Shown piece by piece: positions 1 through 12,076 of a stretch of DNA of 31,421 bases. This DNA is from Candidatus Asgardarchaeum abyssi. GTDB taxonomy: Archaea; Asgardarchaeota; Asgardarchaeia; Asgardarchaeales; Asgardarchaeaceae. Location: positions 1 to 31,421 of the forward strand of contig JBECUL010000026.1 of NCBI GenBank assembly GCA_040225955.1, read 5' to 3'. The translations under genes were made by a program, and so were the position numbers. How positions within the stretch are numbered: position 1 is the first letter of the stretch; every line of letters starts with the position of its first letter. The notes beneath the pieces were generated by a model. That model did no database searches, was not told where the DNA came from, and saw only the letters and a list, made by a program, of their open reading frames with translations.

Positions 1-437
1 TGAAACATATCATCAGCCATGTTAATTACAGGAATTTTTGCCCATTTGGCATATTCGCGAACTACTGCATTACCACGTCCATATACATAGTCTACCGCAT
101 TTTCTAGTATACGAATACCCAGTCCGTGTCCATATCTTTCATACATGCGGGCAATATCCTTTGGAGCCTCGCCTTCTCCAGCTCTTGTAGTGGATATGTC
201 GATAAATTGAGCATGTCCACCTAGAGCAGTCATAGCAGCCTCAAAAGAAGCTCTAGTCCTAGTGGATGTATTATAGAAGAGCATGAAAAACGTTTTATTT
301 TTAAGAATTTCTGGAAGATTACCTGTATAATATCTTCTCTTTAGATCTTTTGCAACCTCTAAGGTGAAGTCCAATTCTTCACGAGTCCATTCTTGTGTGG
401 TGATTAAATCTTTACCTAAAAGATCAACATATGTCAT
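1..437 (-). CDS. Ornithine carbamoyltransferase-family transcarbamylase, N-terminal part (runs off the window start; absent from the ORF track)
   Basis: Manual translation from ATG at 437: MTYVDLLGKDLITTQEWTREEL...TFFMLFYNTSTRTRASFEAAMTALGGHA...EAPKDIARMYERYG...KIPVINMADDMF. Carbamoyl-phosphate-binding STRTR motif; GAGGTG SD upstream. Confidence 0.9.
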   Translation of the reverse strand, partial: MTYVDLLGKDLITTQEWTREELDFTLEVAKDLKRRYYTGNLPEILKNKTFFMLFYNTSTRTRASFEAAMTALGGHAQFIDISTTRAGEGEAPKDIARMYERYGHGLGIRILENAVDYVYGRGNAVVREYAKWAKIPVINMADDMF

Positions 438-720
438 TGATTACACCTCTATCCATATATAGTTGTTGTGAAAATAAAAATATCTTCTTATAAGCATTTT
501 CTAAAAATAAATAAGAAATTAAAAGTAATAAGCCATTACTTTTGAAAATAGCAAAAGAATTTAAAGACTCGCTAACATCTATGTAGAAATTATACTGCTG
601 AGATCACACCAAAGCTTAATCATATTATTATGATTTTGCTGTTTATCCTCTTATGTCTGTTTTTTAAGCGCCTTTACTAGTTTATGCTCACCTTATTCTG
701 GAATATTTAAATTCAGAGAA

Positions 721-1275
721 TCATAACCCAAGTTTATCAGCTATTTCTTGTAGAGCTTTCAAGGAAATTTCGAGAAAGTCAACAAGAGGTATTCCAATTT
801 CCTCGCACATAAGAATTCTTTCACGCTTTGAACCACGTGCAAATGATTTATCTTTAAATTTCTTCTTCAAAGTTTTTAGTTTCACTTCATGTAGTTTCTT
901 CGACGGCATAACTAATGCAGTTGCTATAATAAGCCCTGAAACAGCATCAGCGGCTATTAGAGCCTTTGCTACTAATGACTTCGGTTCAACTCCTGTATTT
1001 TCAAAATTATGCGCCATGATAGCCTCTCGCATATTTTCGTCTATTTTATCTCCTAGAATTTCAACTGTTTTTATTCCATGCTTAGAAAAATCATCACTTG
1101 TTATTTCATAGTCTAAGTCATGAAGAAGACCTATTAGTCGCCACTTTTCAACATCCTCGCCTAATTTTTCAGCAAGTGCTGCCATAATTGCTTCCACGGC
1201 AAGAACATGCTTCTTTAAGTTCGGATTTTTAAGATACTCATCAATCAATTTTAAAGCCTCTTCCCGAGAGATCAT
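721..1275 (-). CDS. HD-superfamily (HDIG-type) metal-dependent phosphohydrolase
   Basis: LKKHVLAV...GLLHDLDYE...KHG...AIMAHN...AADAVSG metal-ligand pattern; GGTGA SD upstream. Confidence 0.88.
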   Translation of the reverse strand: MISREEALKLIDEYLKNPNLKKHVLAVEAIMAALAEKLGEDVEKWRLIGLLHDLDYEITSDDFSKHGIKTVEILGDKIDENMREAIMAHNFENTGVEPKSLVAKALIAADAVSGLIIATALVMPSKKLHEVKLKTLKKKFKDKSFARGSKRERILMCEEIGIPLVDFLEISLKALQEIADKLGL

Positions 1276-1487
1276 AGCATCACCCGTCTATTGTAGCCAA
1301 TTAATAATATACAATACGAACAATACGGCATAATAATAAAAATATTAGTAGCAATATATATCAATAAATATGCTGAAAAAAGAAAATGTAATACTAAAAA
1401 TCATAAAATTATTAATGGATAGAAATAAAAGTAATAGACATAAAATAAAATTTTTCTATTAAGAGTATTTTTGCATGGGGCGGAATA

Positions 1488-2831
1488 ATGATAGATTGGA
1501 CAGATTTTTATATAAAAACCTTAAGGCAGACTGCAATGGATATTAATAAAATTGATGATTATCTGAAAAAAACTGCTAGTTATAAGATAATTGCATCTGA
1601 ATTTTATCTAATGGGGTATGAAGAACAAGCTCAAATCTATTTTGATAAAGCAATTGAGAACGCTAGGAATATTGAGGATGTATACTATCAGAATTGGGCT
1701 ATCGGAGACATAATAGAAGAGATGGCTAATATTGGGTATATTGTGAGAGTAAAACAATATTTGAAATTATTAGAAATTCCACTAATCAAAGTAAATGCTT
1801 ATAGAAATATTGCTGATGCTTTAATATTGCAGGGTGCGTTATATGATGCAAAAGAATTTCTTAATCTGGCAATGAAAATGATTGAGGATATAGATTCAGC
1901 ATATGAAAAATGCAATGCCCTAAAAGGAATAGCAATTGAATATTTAAGAATACCTAGGTCAAAGAAAAAAGTGAATACAATTATCAAGCAAATAGAAAAA
2001 CTATTGGATGAAATAAAAGTTGTTTCTTATCAAATAATAACATTAACAAATTTAGCAGAAATGTATAGTAAAATAAAGTTAAATCAAAAGGTAAGAAAAG
2101 TCATTAACAATTCCAAAAAGCTTATCGAACAAATTAGTGATGGATATGAAAAGATAGCTGCGCTCAGAAGGATAGCTGTAACACTCTCGCAGATAGGTAT
2201 GGCAGAGGAGGCTATTAGTACACTTAGAGAGGCTATTAAAAGGGTAGATGAAATAAGTGATGAGAAAAGGAAAATGTTGGCATTTCGAACAATAGCAATA
2301 GAGTTGGGAAAGCTTGGAAAGTTTAAGCAAGCAATCGAGATAGCTATGAAAATAGAAAATGATCTTAAGCGTGACTATACGATGCGCGAAATAATGAAGT
2401 CTATTATTGAAAAAGCAGAGATTGAGTTAGCAACATATCTGCTTGACGGCATTCAAGATAATAGAATTAGAGCGGAATGTCAAAAGGATATAGCATTAAC
2501 TTTGATAAAATATGGTAAATTAAAGGCAGCAGAAATGATTGCTGATGGCATTTCTGATGAGGATTTGAAAATATTAGCATATGGATGTTTGATGTGCGAA
2601 CGCATAAAACGTGGATTAGAGGAATTAGATGTATCAGAGATCGTATCACTGAAAGAGAGATTATTAGAAATTGAGCCTCAGGAGAAGAAAAATAAGATTG
2701 TAGAACAATTTGCAAGGTATTTAATTGAAATTCAAATGTATATTGAAGCAGTAGATCTTATATCGAGAATAGAAGACCCATTAAGGAGATTGTGGATTTT
2801 AAGAGATATTAGAGAGGAAATTTTAAAGTAG
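1488..2831 (+). CDS. TPR-like alpha-helical repeat protein
   Basis: Recurring ~32-40 aa units I-x-D-x3-K/R-x2-AL-x2-IA-x2-L (IDSAYEKCNALKGIAIEY, ISDGYEKIAALRRIAVTL, ISDEKRKMLAFRTIAIEL, IQDNRIRAECQKDIALTL); no catalytic motif seen. Confidence 0.75.
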   Translation: MIDWTDFYIKTLRQTAMDINKIDDYLKKTASYKIIASEFYLMGYEEQAQIYFDKAIENARNIEDVYYQNWAIGDIIEEMANIGYIVRVKQYLKLLEIPLIKVNAYRNIADALILQGALYDAKEFLNLAMKMIEDIDSAYEKCNALKGIAIEYLRIPRSKKKVNTIIKQIEKLLDEIKVVSYQIITLTNLAEMYSKIKLNQKVRKVINNSKKLIEQISDGYEKIAALRRIAVTLSQIGMAEEAISTLREAIKRVDEISDEKRKMLAFRTIAIELGKLGKFKQAIEIAMKIENDLKRDYTMREIMKSIIEKAEIELATYLLDGIQDNRIRAECQKDIALTLIKYGKLKAAEMIADGISDEDLKILAYGCLMCERIKRGLEELDVSEIVSLKERLLEIEPQEKKNKIVEQFARYLIEIQMYIEAVDLISRIEDPLRRLWILRDIREEILK

Positions 2832-2839
2832 GTGGGAGA

Positions 2840-3460
2840 ATGGTAACAGTTAATGTTGTTGAGAATAATAATCTCGCCCAAGCATTATTAACATTATTAA
2901 GGGACAAAAATACGCCAACAGAGAAATTTAGAGACTACTTAAAGAAAATTGGGGCTGTTCTAGCCTCAGAAGCTTCACAAGAGTTTGACACTAAGGATAC
3001 TAAAGTTATAACCCCTATGGATGCTGAAACTAAAGGTGTAATCATAGAAGAAGATATTGTTATTCTTGCAATTTTAAGAGCTGGAATGTTTATGGCTGAG
3101 GGAGTAAGATATGTACTGCCAAATTCAAGAATTGGATTCGTAGGAATTGAAAAAGCAGAAGGAGATACTGAAATAAAATATATCTCTATCCCAGAAATCT
3201 CAGGAAAAACAGTAATTATTGTTGACCCTATACTTGCAACGGGATGCACTATTTCAAAGATTATTGAAAAACCAATTTTTGATGATGTAAAAAAGATTAT
3301 TATAATCACAGTAATAGCAACAGAGGAGGGTATTTACAAATTGGCTGATATAAAACCAGATATTGCTGTCTATACAGCTGCTGTAGATCCAGAGCTTGAT
3401 GAAAAAGCATTTGTTATTCCAGGTCTTGGAGACGCCGCAAAAAGAGCATTTGGCTGGTGA
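2840..3460 (+). CDS. upp: Uracil phosphoribosyltransferase (somewhat divergent)
   Basis: LTLLRDKNT..FR, ILRAG, PRPP-binding IIVDPILATG, C-terminal IPGLGDA; 8-nt gap after the upstream gene with GGTGG SD. Confidence 0.85.
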   Translation: MVTVNVVENNNLAQALLTLLRDKNTPTEKFRDYLKKIGAVLASEASQEFDTKDTKVITPMDAETKGVIIEEDIVILAILRAGMFMAEGVRYVLPNSRIGFVGIEKAEGDTEIKYISIPEISGKTVIIVDPILATGCTISKIIEKPIFDDVKKIIIITVIATEEGIYKLADIKPDIAVYTAAVDPELDEKAFVIPGLGDAAKRAFGW

Positions 3461-3527
3461 TATATACTGATAAATATTTTAGTTTTTAGTTAGCTAATTA
3501 TCATTTCTAGAAGATTAATTGTAATCT

Positions 3528-4349
3528 TTATTCTGGAAGTAAATCCTCAAGAAGCCCCATTTTCTTAAGCAAAGTTACGACGATATATGTTTTTTCATCC
3601 CTAAATTGCCTACCCCACATACCATCTCGTTTTTGCATTTTTATTATAACTGGAAGAGAATTGTGAACCATTCTAATCGCAATATCATACTTATCAAAAA
3701 AGCTAAGTGTGTGCAGCACAAAAAATGTATCTTCATAAGAAGTAGAATAAAATCTTACTCTCCATCTACCTTTATATTGAAGCTTTTCCAGCTGAGTTAA
3801 TCCTTTTTCAATTATGGCTTCATACTCTTTTCTAAAACTCAAAGCACGCAGAGATAAATTTGTACAGACAGAGCAGCAATAAAAACCATTCTCCATGAAT
3901 TTTGCAAGCCTTTCCAAGGCTCCAAGAACTTTACTATTGATAACATTAATCTTTTGAAGAACATATAAAACAAAAGCAGAAACATTATATCCATTCACTC
4001 TAAAGGTTTTACCACCAAATAATCGCCGTTTCTCTGTGTTTGTATAGAAAAAATTCTCAGAGTATGTATTCTTATTGTTCTGTTGAGATAAAATAAAGTT
4101 CACCCCTCGCCTATAGTTAGAACCTATTAGACCTAAATCAAATAATATTTCAACATTCCACGCGGTCAGATAAGTTGATCCTTCCCAGCTGCCATTTGGC
4201 TCTTGTGAATTAGATAACTCAGATAAAGTCAGAGTTTTTACTTTTGTGTCTAAAGTTTCATCAATTTTATTAAATTGCTTCCTAGCTAAGAACCCACTCC
4301 GAGAAATACAACTTAAAAGAGATGGAAGAGGATTAACTTTAAGCTTCAT
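3528..4349 (-). CDS. Prenyltransferase/squalene-cyclase QW-repeat (alpha/alpha barrel) protein, function unknown
   Basis: QW-type motifs SQEPNGSW, GVNFILSQQ, LEKLQYKGRW, KMQKRDGMWG; GGTG SD upstream. Confidence 0.7.
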   Translation of the reverse strand: MKLKVNPLPSLLSCISRSGFLARKQFNKIDETLDTKVKTLTLSELSNSQEPNGSWEGSTYLTAWNVEILFDLGLIGSNYRRGVNFILSQQNNKNTYSENFFYTNTEKRRLFGGKTFRVNGYNVSAFVLYVLQKINVINSKVLGALERLAKFMENGFYCCSVCTNLSLRALSFRKEYEAIIEKGLTQLEKLQYKGRWRVRFYSTSYEDTFFVLHTLSFFDKYDIAIRMVHNSLPVIIKMQKRDGMWGRQFRDEKTYIVVTLLKKMGLLEDLLPE

Positions 4350-4471
4350 TTAACAATCACACCTGATTTAATGAAACATAGAGAAATCTTGGTATAAAAG
4401 AAATAAAGACTTATGATATTTATACATTAATAGAAAATTTCTAATGATCTACATTCAAGTTATATAAAGTT

Positions 4472-6331
4472 TCATTGCTCAGCGCTTCTTTCTTTCAATC
4501 TTAACAATCGTTCTCTCAGGTATTCTTCTTCCTTAATAGCTGTTCTTGCAAGTTCTCGTATTATATCAGACTTTGTGACAATTCCTAGCACAATACCATT
4601 TTCATCTACAACAGGTAATCCATCAACATCATACTTAATCATCAATTTAGCAGCCTCTGCCGTATCTGTATCGAGAGATATTGTTGTAGGAACTTCGATC
4701 ATAAAATCTTCTGCTAATAATGGTGTAATTTTCACGTATCTAGCCATCTTTCTACCTTTAAGCTTTCTTATCCAAACAACCCTTCGATGCTTTATACCTC
4801 CGACAGAATCCGTTATTGGAACAAAAACTAATCGATTTTCGGAAATTAAGCCTATTGGAGCGTTTCTTTCAACCACAACTACAGCATCTAAATAGTTTGT
4901 CTCCATAACACGAATGACATGAGCTATTGAGTGATGTCTATGAACAGCACCAATGCTTCTGGGTTGCATAATATTCTCAACTTTTGCTCGCCCAGTTGCA
5001 TGTTTAGCGTAGGCTTCAACAATATCATCTTTAGTAATAATCCCAACTATCGACCCGTTTTTTTCCACCAAGAGAGCATCAACATCGTAAAATAGCATCA
5101 TATTTGCAGCATCTTCTATTGTGGCATATGCAGATATTCTTGGTGGATCAGGGGTCATAACCTGTTCAATAAATCTTAGGTCAAATTCACGACGCATCCA
5201 TATGGGACCCCTTATTCCAAGAGCTCGAATAATATTTCTCTTTGAGAGTATTCCAAGTATTGAACCTTCATCATCCACAACAACCAGATGATTTACTTTA
5301 TATCGAAGCATTAAATTCCTTGCGTGCTCTAATGTATCAGTAGGTAGTATTTCGATATATCCTTTCTGCATTATCTCTTCTACGGTTAACTCTGGTTTTA
5401 TAATAGCAGATGCTGGTTTTTTAACAAGAACTGTTTGTAACGTACTTTCTGATGGGGCATAAACAATTTCCTCTGCTGGTACTGGAACTTCCCAAGGCTT
5501 AACTGCAACAGCCTCTGGTTTCTTACCAAGCATATACGCTCTCAGTAGATCTAACTGTGTTATAACACCTATTACCTCACCATTTTCATCAATTACAGGC
5601 AATAAAGTATAATCATGATCAACTATGAACCTAGCAACCATATCAATCGGCAAATCCTTCGTGACAACCATAACACCACGAGTCATAAATCGTTTAACCT
5701 TCCCAGGAGTGCGAGGTCTTTCAGCCTCTCTAGCAAACATCCAGCTCTTCTTATCTATAAGATCTTTTGGTGTGAGAATTCCCCATAAGTTGCCATCTTT
5801 CTTTATAACTAGAGCTGCCTTTACATGATCTTCTACGAATTTATGCCAGACTTTATCTATTCTTTCATCTGGGTCTATCTTGTAAAAGTCTGCAGTCATA
5901 ACTTCACTTACTGTTTTAGCTCTTGGTGTAAATCCTAGAGATATCAAAACCCTTAGAATATCTATAACTGTAATAACACCAAGAAGAAATGGCTCACGAA
6001 GTGATTTAACAACAGGGATAGCTTCAAGATTGTTTTTGATCATTACTTTTGCGGCCTCAAAAATGTCTAAATCTTGAGTTATAATAGGATGAGAAACCAT
6101 AAAGTCCTTAACAGGAGCTACAGAGCTTATACCTTTTAAAGGTATTTTCAGTTTGAGGGAAGTTAATTTAATGACATCTATTCTTCTTAAATAACCTAAT
6201 AGCTTGCCATTCTCATCTACGACTGGGATCACTCTTACACCGGTTTCTCTAAAGATTTTCCTGGCCTTGCCGATATGATCATCAGGTTTTAATACTTTTG
6301 GTGGTTTTTGCATGACCTCCCATACACGCAT
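4472..6331 (-). CDS. Protein with eight CBS domains (4 Bateman modules)
   Basis: Eight repeats of M...(P)VVDxxG...G(I/V)(I/L)(T/S)xxD(I/L); a Pro-rich linker between domains 4 and 5; GGAGG SD. Confidence 0.9.
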   Translation of the reverse strand: MRVWEVMQKPPKVLKPDDHIGKARKIFRETGVRVIPVVDENGKLLGYLRRIDVIKLTSLKLKIPLKGISSVAPVKDFMVSHPIITQDLDIFEAAKVMIKNNLEAIPVVKSLREPFLLGVITVIDILRVLISLGFTPRAKTVSEVMTADFYKIDPDERIDKVWHKFVEDHVKAALVIKKDGNLWGILTPKDLIDKKSWMFAREAERPRTPGKVKRFMTRGVMVVTKDLPIDMVARFIVDHDYTLLPVIDENGEVIGVITQLDLLRAYMLGKKPEAVAVKPWEVPVPAEEIVYAPSESTLQTVLVKKPASAIIKPELTVEEIMQKGYIEILPTDTLEHARNLMLRYKVNHLVVVDDEGSILGILSKRNIIRALGIRGPIWMRREFDLRFIEQVMTPDPPRISAYATIEDAANMMLFYDVDALLVEKNGSIVGIITKDDIVEAYAKHATGRAKVENIMQPRSIGAVHRHHSIAHVIRVMETNYLDAVVVVERNAPIGLISENRLVFVPITDSVGGIKHRRVVWIRKLKGRKMARYVKITPLLAEDFMIEVPTTISLDTDTAEAAKLMIKYDVDGLPVVDENGIVLGIVTKSDIIRELARTAIKEEEYLRERLLRLKERSAEQ

Positions 6332-6487
6332 TTGAGAAACCTCCTGTCAGCATAGCTGCTATAAAGCAAAAAAGCTTCGTTTATGAAGCCATAACTATTT
6401 TATTAGAGAGTTATTTAAATATTACTTGCCCGTTATGAGATTTATAGATATAGTCATTTATCGTTATATATTGTAGAGGTTTTACAA

Positions 6488-7306
6488 ATGAGCGATGATG
6501 AAAGAAAAAGGAAATCGTTATATGCGATAATAGCAGGGATTTTATTGTTGATAAGTGGAGCACATGGAAGTTTAGGTGATATTCCTCAACTTATAATTGC
6601 AGCTGCATCAAGTGGATTTATTACGGTACAAATTGCTAGATTTCTGATTACATTGCTTATTATAATTGCATTCCTTGGAGGAATTAGTGTTATCATAGGA
6701 GGTTTTCTATTAAGAATTAAGCTGCCAACTGTAGTCTCAAACTTCTTAATTTCGATAGGGAGCGGAGTAAGCGTATTTAATTTCGTGATAGAAATAATTT
6801 TAATAGGCCCAGCATTAAAATTAGCTATTTTAAGGTATGAAACCCCGTCCATATTAAATCTAGGTTTTCGGTACATAATTATCATGTTAGCTATCTTTTT
6901 CGTCTTTATGGCTCTAATTAAAGATGTCATCGGTTTCATTATAGCGTTTATTGCAGGATTTTTGATGAACGTAGCAAGCTCTTTTTCTGATTTCCTATTG
7001 ATTTTAAATTTTCTTGGAAAATTGGGTATTGTTAGGCCACCATTAATAATTGTTAATCTTCTTGCAATTTCGTTTTTTTCCGGATCAATATTCTTAGCTA
7101 GTGCCATTCTGAATGGTTATAAAATTTACAAGCTTGGATTTATACTTGGACTAATTGCTATTGCGCTTTATGTACTTCCATTTTTGGCTATTCTTATAAG
7201 TACTGTTCTTGATCTGATTAATGTCATTAGGATCATTATTGCCAGTGTAGGAATGTTATTTGGCGTGCTTTCTATAGTTATGGGATTTCAGAAACTTTCT
7301 AAATAA
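6488..7306 (+). CDS. Polytopic membrane protein of unknown function, possibly internally duplicated
   Basis: About 8 hydrophobic segments; halves begin similarly (AIIAGILLLISG / AFIAGFLMNVAS); GAGG SD. Confidence 0.75.
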   Translation: MSDDERKRKSLYAIIAGILLLISGAHGSLGDIPQLIIAAASSGFITVQIARFLITLLIIIAFLGGISVIIGGFLLRIKLPTVVSNFLISIGSGVSVFNFVIEIILIGPALKLAILRYETPSILNLGFRYIIIMLAIFFVFMALIKDVIGFIIAFIAGFLMNVASSFSDFLLILNFLGKLGIVRPPLIIVNLLAISFFSGSIFLASAILNGYKIYKLGFILGLIAIALYVLPFLAILISTVLDLINVIRIIIASVGMLFGVLSIVMGFQKLSK

Positions 7307-7362
7307 TAACTGTGTTAAAAATTAATAAACTCGTCATTAAAAATAACTTAACTCAATATTAG

Positions 7363-9531
<2,169 letters not shown>

Positions 9532-9534
9532 AAA

Positions 9535-10101
9535 TTAATATTTGCTTCTTCTTAGGTACTCTATTAAACCAGGAGTGATGATTACCTTTCCTTTTATAAT
9601 TGGATATGCAAAGGGTAATACTACTGACTCCACTTCATTAAACTGAATTTCCAATTCATCTGCAAATTCTATATCTTCAATGGATGCCCCAAGCTCTATC
9701 ATTTTCATTACAAAAATTGCTATGTCTATCGACATTTGCTTAGGACCTAAATTTCTTGATTCGGTGTTAAGTTTCGAGGTTATTAACTCATAGGTTCTGC
9801 CTCTAGGTGGATAGTCTCCTAAAATTCCGCCTACCACATAAAAAGCACATTTCTCAAAATCTTCAGTGGTAAGAGTCCTCTTTGCTTGAGGATCCATAAC
9901 AACTAAACAAGGAAAATCATCTTTTATAACTGTAATACTTTCTTCTCGAACTGTTCCAAGCTCAGCTAGTTTTCTACGCTCCGACGCACGTTTAACATTT
10001 GTAAAGATAATATTGTTTTTTCCAACTATTTTAGATGAATGCTTATATTCTAAGTATAACCATTTGCTTAGCGGTGGGAAATGTTCAATAATTACTTTCA
10101 T
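9535..10101 (-). CDS. Sfm1/DUF431-like SPOUT SAM-dependent methyltransferase
   Basis: IIEH..LSKWLYLEYKH, MDPQA..LTTED, VVGGILGDYPPRGRT, RNLGPKQMSID, ESVVLPFAYP family signatures. Confidence 0.85.
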   Translation of the reverse strand: MKVIIEHFPPLSKWLYLEYKHSSKIVGKNNIIFTNVKRASERRKLAELGTVREESITVIKDDFPCLVVMDPQAKRTLTTEDFEKCAFYVVGGILGDYPPRGRTYELITSKLNTESRNLGPKQMSIDIAIFVMKMIELGASIEDIEFADELEIQFNEVESVVLPFAYPIIKGKVIITPGLIEYLRRSKY

Positions 10102-10200
10102 GACTCTCCCATTTTTATTTTTGTTGAGATTAAAACTTATAACAAACTATATAATAATTACGCGTATGTATATTGATGTAAGCTGTTATGAGGTGACTTT

Positions 10201-10992
10201 ATGGAACTCGGTTTGCAAGGAAAGGTGGCTATTATTTCTGCATCAAGCCAAGGAATGGGAAAAGCTATTGCATATGAATTAGCAAAGGAAGGAGCAAAAG
10301 TTACAATTTGTGCTAGAAGAGAAGAGATTTTAATGAAAACAGCCGAAGAGATAAAAGACAAGACTGGATCTGAGGTTATAGCTGTAAAGGCGGATGTTAG
10401 AAAAGCAGAGGACATAGAAAAAGTCGTTACAGAAACTATTAAAAAGCATAGCACGGTGCATATCCTCGTCAATAACTCAGGGGGCCCACCAGCTGGTTAT
10501 TTTGAGAATTTCACAGACAAGGATTGGTATGATGCCATAGATCTTTTGTTGATGAGTACTGTTAGATTCATAAGATTAGTTCTACCTTACATGAAAAAAC
10601 AGAAGTGGGGACGAATAATCAATCTGACATCTGTGTCTGTTAAACAACCAATCGATAACTTAATACTCTCAAATTCGATCAGATTGGCCATAATAGGTAT
10701 GGCCAAAACTCTAGCCAATCAACTTGCTAAGGACAACATAACAATCAACAATGTTTGCCCAGGGCCTATTCTTACTCAAAGAATGGAAAATCTTGCGCGT
10801 GCAAGAGCAGAAAGGGAGGGTATTACAATCGAGGAAGCATTATCAAACTGGATCAACGCTATATCCATGAGACGAATGGGAAAACCAGAAGAGGTGGCCG
10901 CACTAGTAGTATTCTTAGCTTCAGAAAGGGCTAGCTTTATTACGGGGACAACAATACAAGTTGATGGCGGATATGTAAAAGCCATCATGTAA
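10201..10992 (+). CDS. Short-chain dehydrogenase/reductase (3-oxoacyl-ACP reductase-like)
   Basis: ASSQGMG Rossmann motif, ILVNNSGGP, NNVCPG, FITGTTIQVDGG; SNSIR replaces YxxxK as in the atypical BKR-like subgroup; GAGGTGA SD. Confidence 0.9.
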   Translation: MELGLQGKVAIISASSQGMGKAIAYELAKEGAKVTICARREEILMKTAEEIKDKTGSEVIAVKADVRKAEDIEKVVTETIKKHSTVHILVNNSGGPPAGYFENFTDKDWYDAIDLLLMSTVRFIRLVLPYMKKQKWGRIINLTSVSVKQPIDNLILSNSIRLAIIGMAKTLANQLAKDNITINNVCPGPILTQRMENLARARAEREGITIEEALSNWINAISMRRMGKPEEVAALVVFLASERASFITGTTIQVDGGYVKAIM

Positions 10993-11021
10993 CGACATTT
11001 ACTAACAAATAAGAAACATTT

Positions 11022-11432
11022 TTACTTTTCTTCATCTGTTTTTTCTTTAATTTTGTCAATACCCGTAGGTGGTCCAGGACTATGAAACGGTGGGCTTATT
11101 ATTAATTCATGACCTTCTAGTATTGCTCGAATTATTTTCTTTCTAGCACTTTGAAGGAGACGCCATACAGTTCCCCTTGAGATATTCATTCTCTTTCCAG
11201 CTTCCTCTTGAGTCAAATCTTCAAAATCTACGAGCCTTAATGCTTCTAATTCATCTGGTTGTAGAATAATAGGAGGGGGTGTGGCCAATTGTTCTAACCA
11301 TGGTGGTGTAGGAACATTTAGAGGAACTGGGATAAATCTATAAACAGGAGGAATTACACTAATCCATCTCATCTTTGGTGGACGCCCACGCCATCCTCTT
11401 CTTCTCGGACCCCACAATTTAACCCACCACAT
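11022..11432 (-). CDS. DUF134 (UPF0251) helix-turn-helix protein
   Basis: GRPPKMRWI...DELEALRLVDFEDLTQEEAGKRMNISRGTVWRLLQSARKKI signature; exact start uncertain. Confidence 0.88.
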   Translation of the reverse strand: MWWVKLWGPRRRGWRGRPPKMRWISVIPPVYRFIPVPLNVPTPPWLEQLATPPPIILQPDELEALRLVDFEDLTQEEAGKRMNISRGTVWRLLQSARKKIIRAILEGHELIISPPFHSPGPPTGIDKIKEKTDEEK

Positions 11433-11463
11433 ACAATCCCTAAAATAAATTATTTAGCTCTGA

Positions 11464-11937
11464 TTATTTTGCTAACTTTGTTAATTGTATTTTCCTATCA
11501 TCTTTTATTGTATTTAAAATTAATTTTGTATTTGTTCTTTCAACATATTCCATTTTCTGTAACTTTTTAACGAAATTATCTAAATCTTTTCTTGTTTTAA
11601 AAATCGCAAGAATTGCAACATCAAACTCACCAGTAATATCATATACTGCAAGCACATTTGGGTGTGCTGCAATTTCTTTCTCTACCTCAAATAGCTTACC
11701 CTTTGATACCCTGACATCTATTAATACTGGAAAATCAAACCCCAACTTTGTATAATCAACAATTGCAGTATATCCCTTAATTATGCCAAGCTTCTCTAAC
11801 TTTTTAACTCTAGAAATTAAGGAGGTTACGCTTATATTTAATGCCTTTGATATTTTTCTAAAGGAGTCTCTGGCATCTTGCTGTAAATATGCTAAGATCA
11901 TTAGATCTTTTTCATCAATCTTTTCTTCCAATAACAT
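11464..11937 (-). CDS. Lrp/AsnC family transcriptional regulator, divergent from glnA
   Basis: IDEKDLMILAYLQQDAR..SRVKKLEKLGIIKGY HTH; RAM domain VYDITGEFD; GAGGTG SD. Confidence 0.93.
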   Translation of the reverse strand: MLLEEKIDEKDLMILAYLQQDARDSFRKISKALNISVTSLISRVKKLEKLGIIKGYTAIVDYTKLGFDFPVLIDVRVSKGKLFEVEKEIAAHPNVLAVYDITGEFDVAILAIFKTRKDLDNFVKKLQKMEYVERTNTKLILNTIKDDRKIQLTKLAK

Positions 11938-12033
11938 TTGTCTAAAAACACCTCAAATTGTTTTCACTTTTTAATACATTGTCATCTTATTTAATATATT
12001 TTTTGACATTTGTTCCTAAAAATAATAAAATAA

Positions 12034-12076
12034 TTTAAATTTATTTTTAATAATTGCAATATCAGTTACAATTATT
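12034..12076 (+). promoter_or_regulatory. Putative glnA promoter (TATA-like TTTAAATT, 12034-12041) followed by an inverted-repeat operator candidate (12049-12076)
   Basis: AATAATTGCAA-tatcag-TTACAATTATT: 11-bp arms with one mismatch, ending 12 nt before the ATG at 12089. Confidence 0.5.

Noticed and set aside
3458-3493. Selenocysteine read-through of the upp TGA stop
   Set aside because: The protein is complete at the TGA, the downstream frame closes within a dozen codons, and no SECIS-like hairpin was seen.
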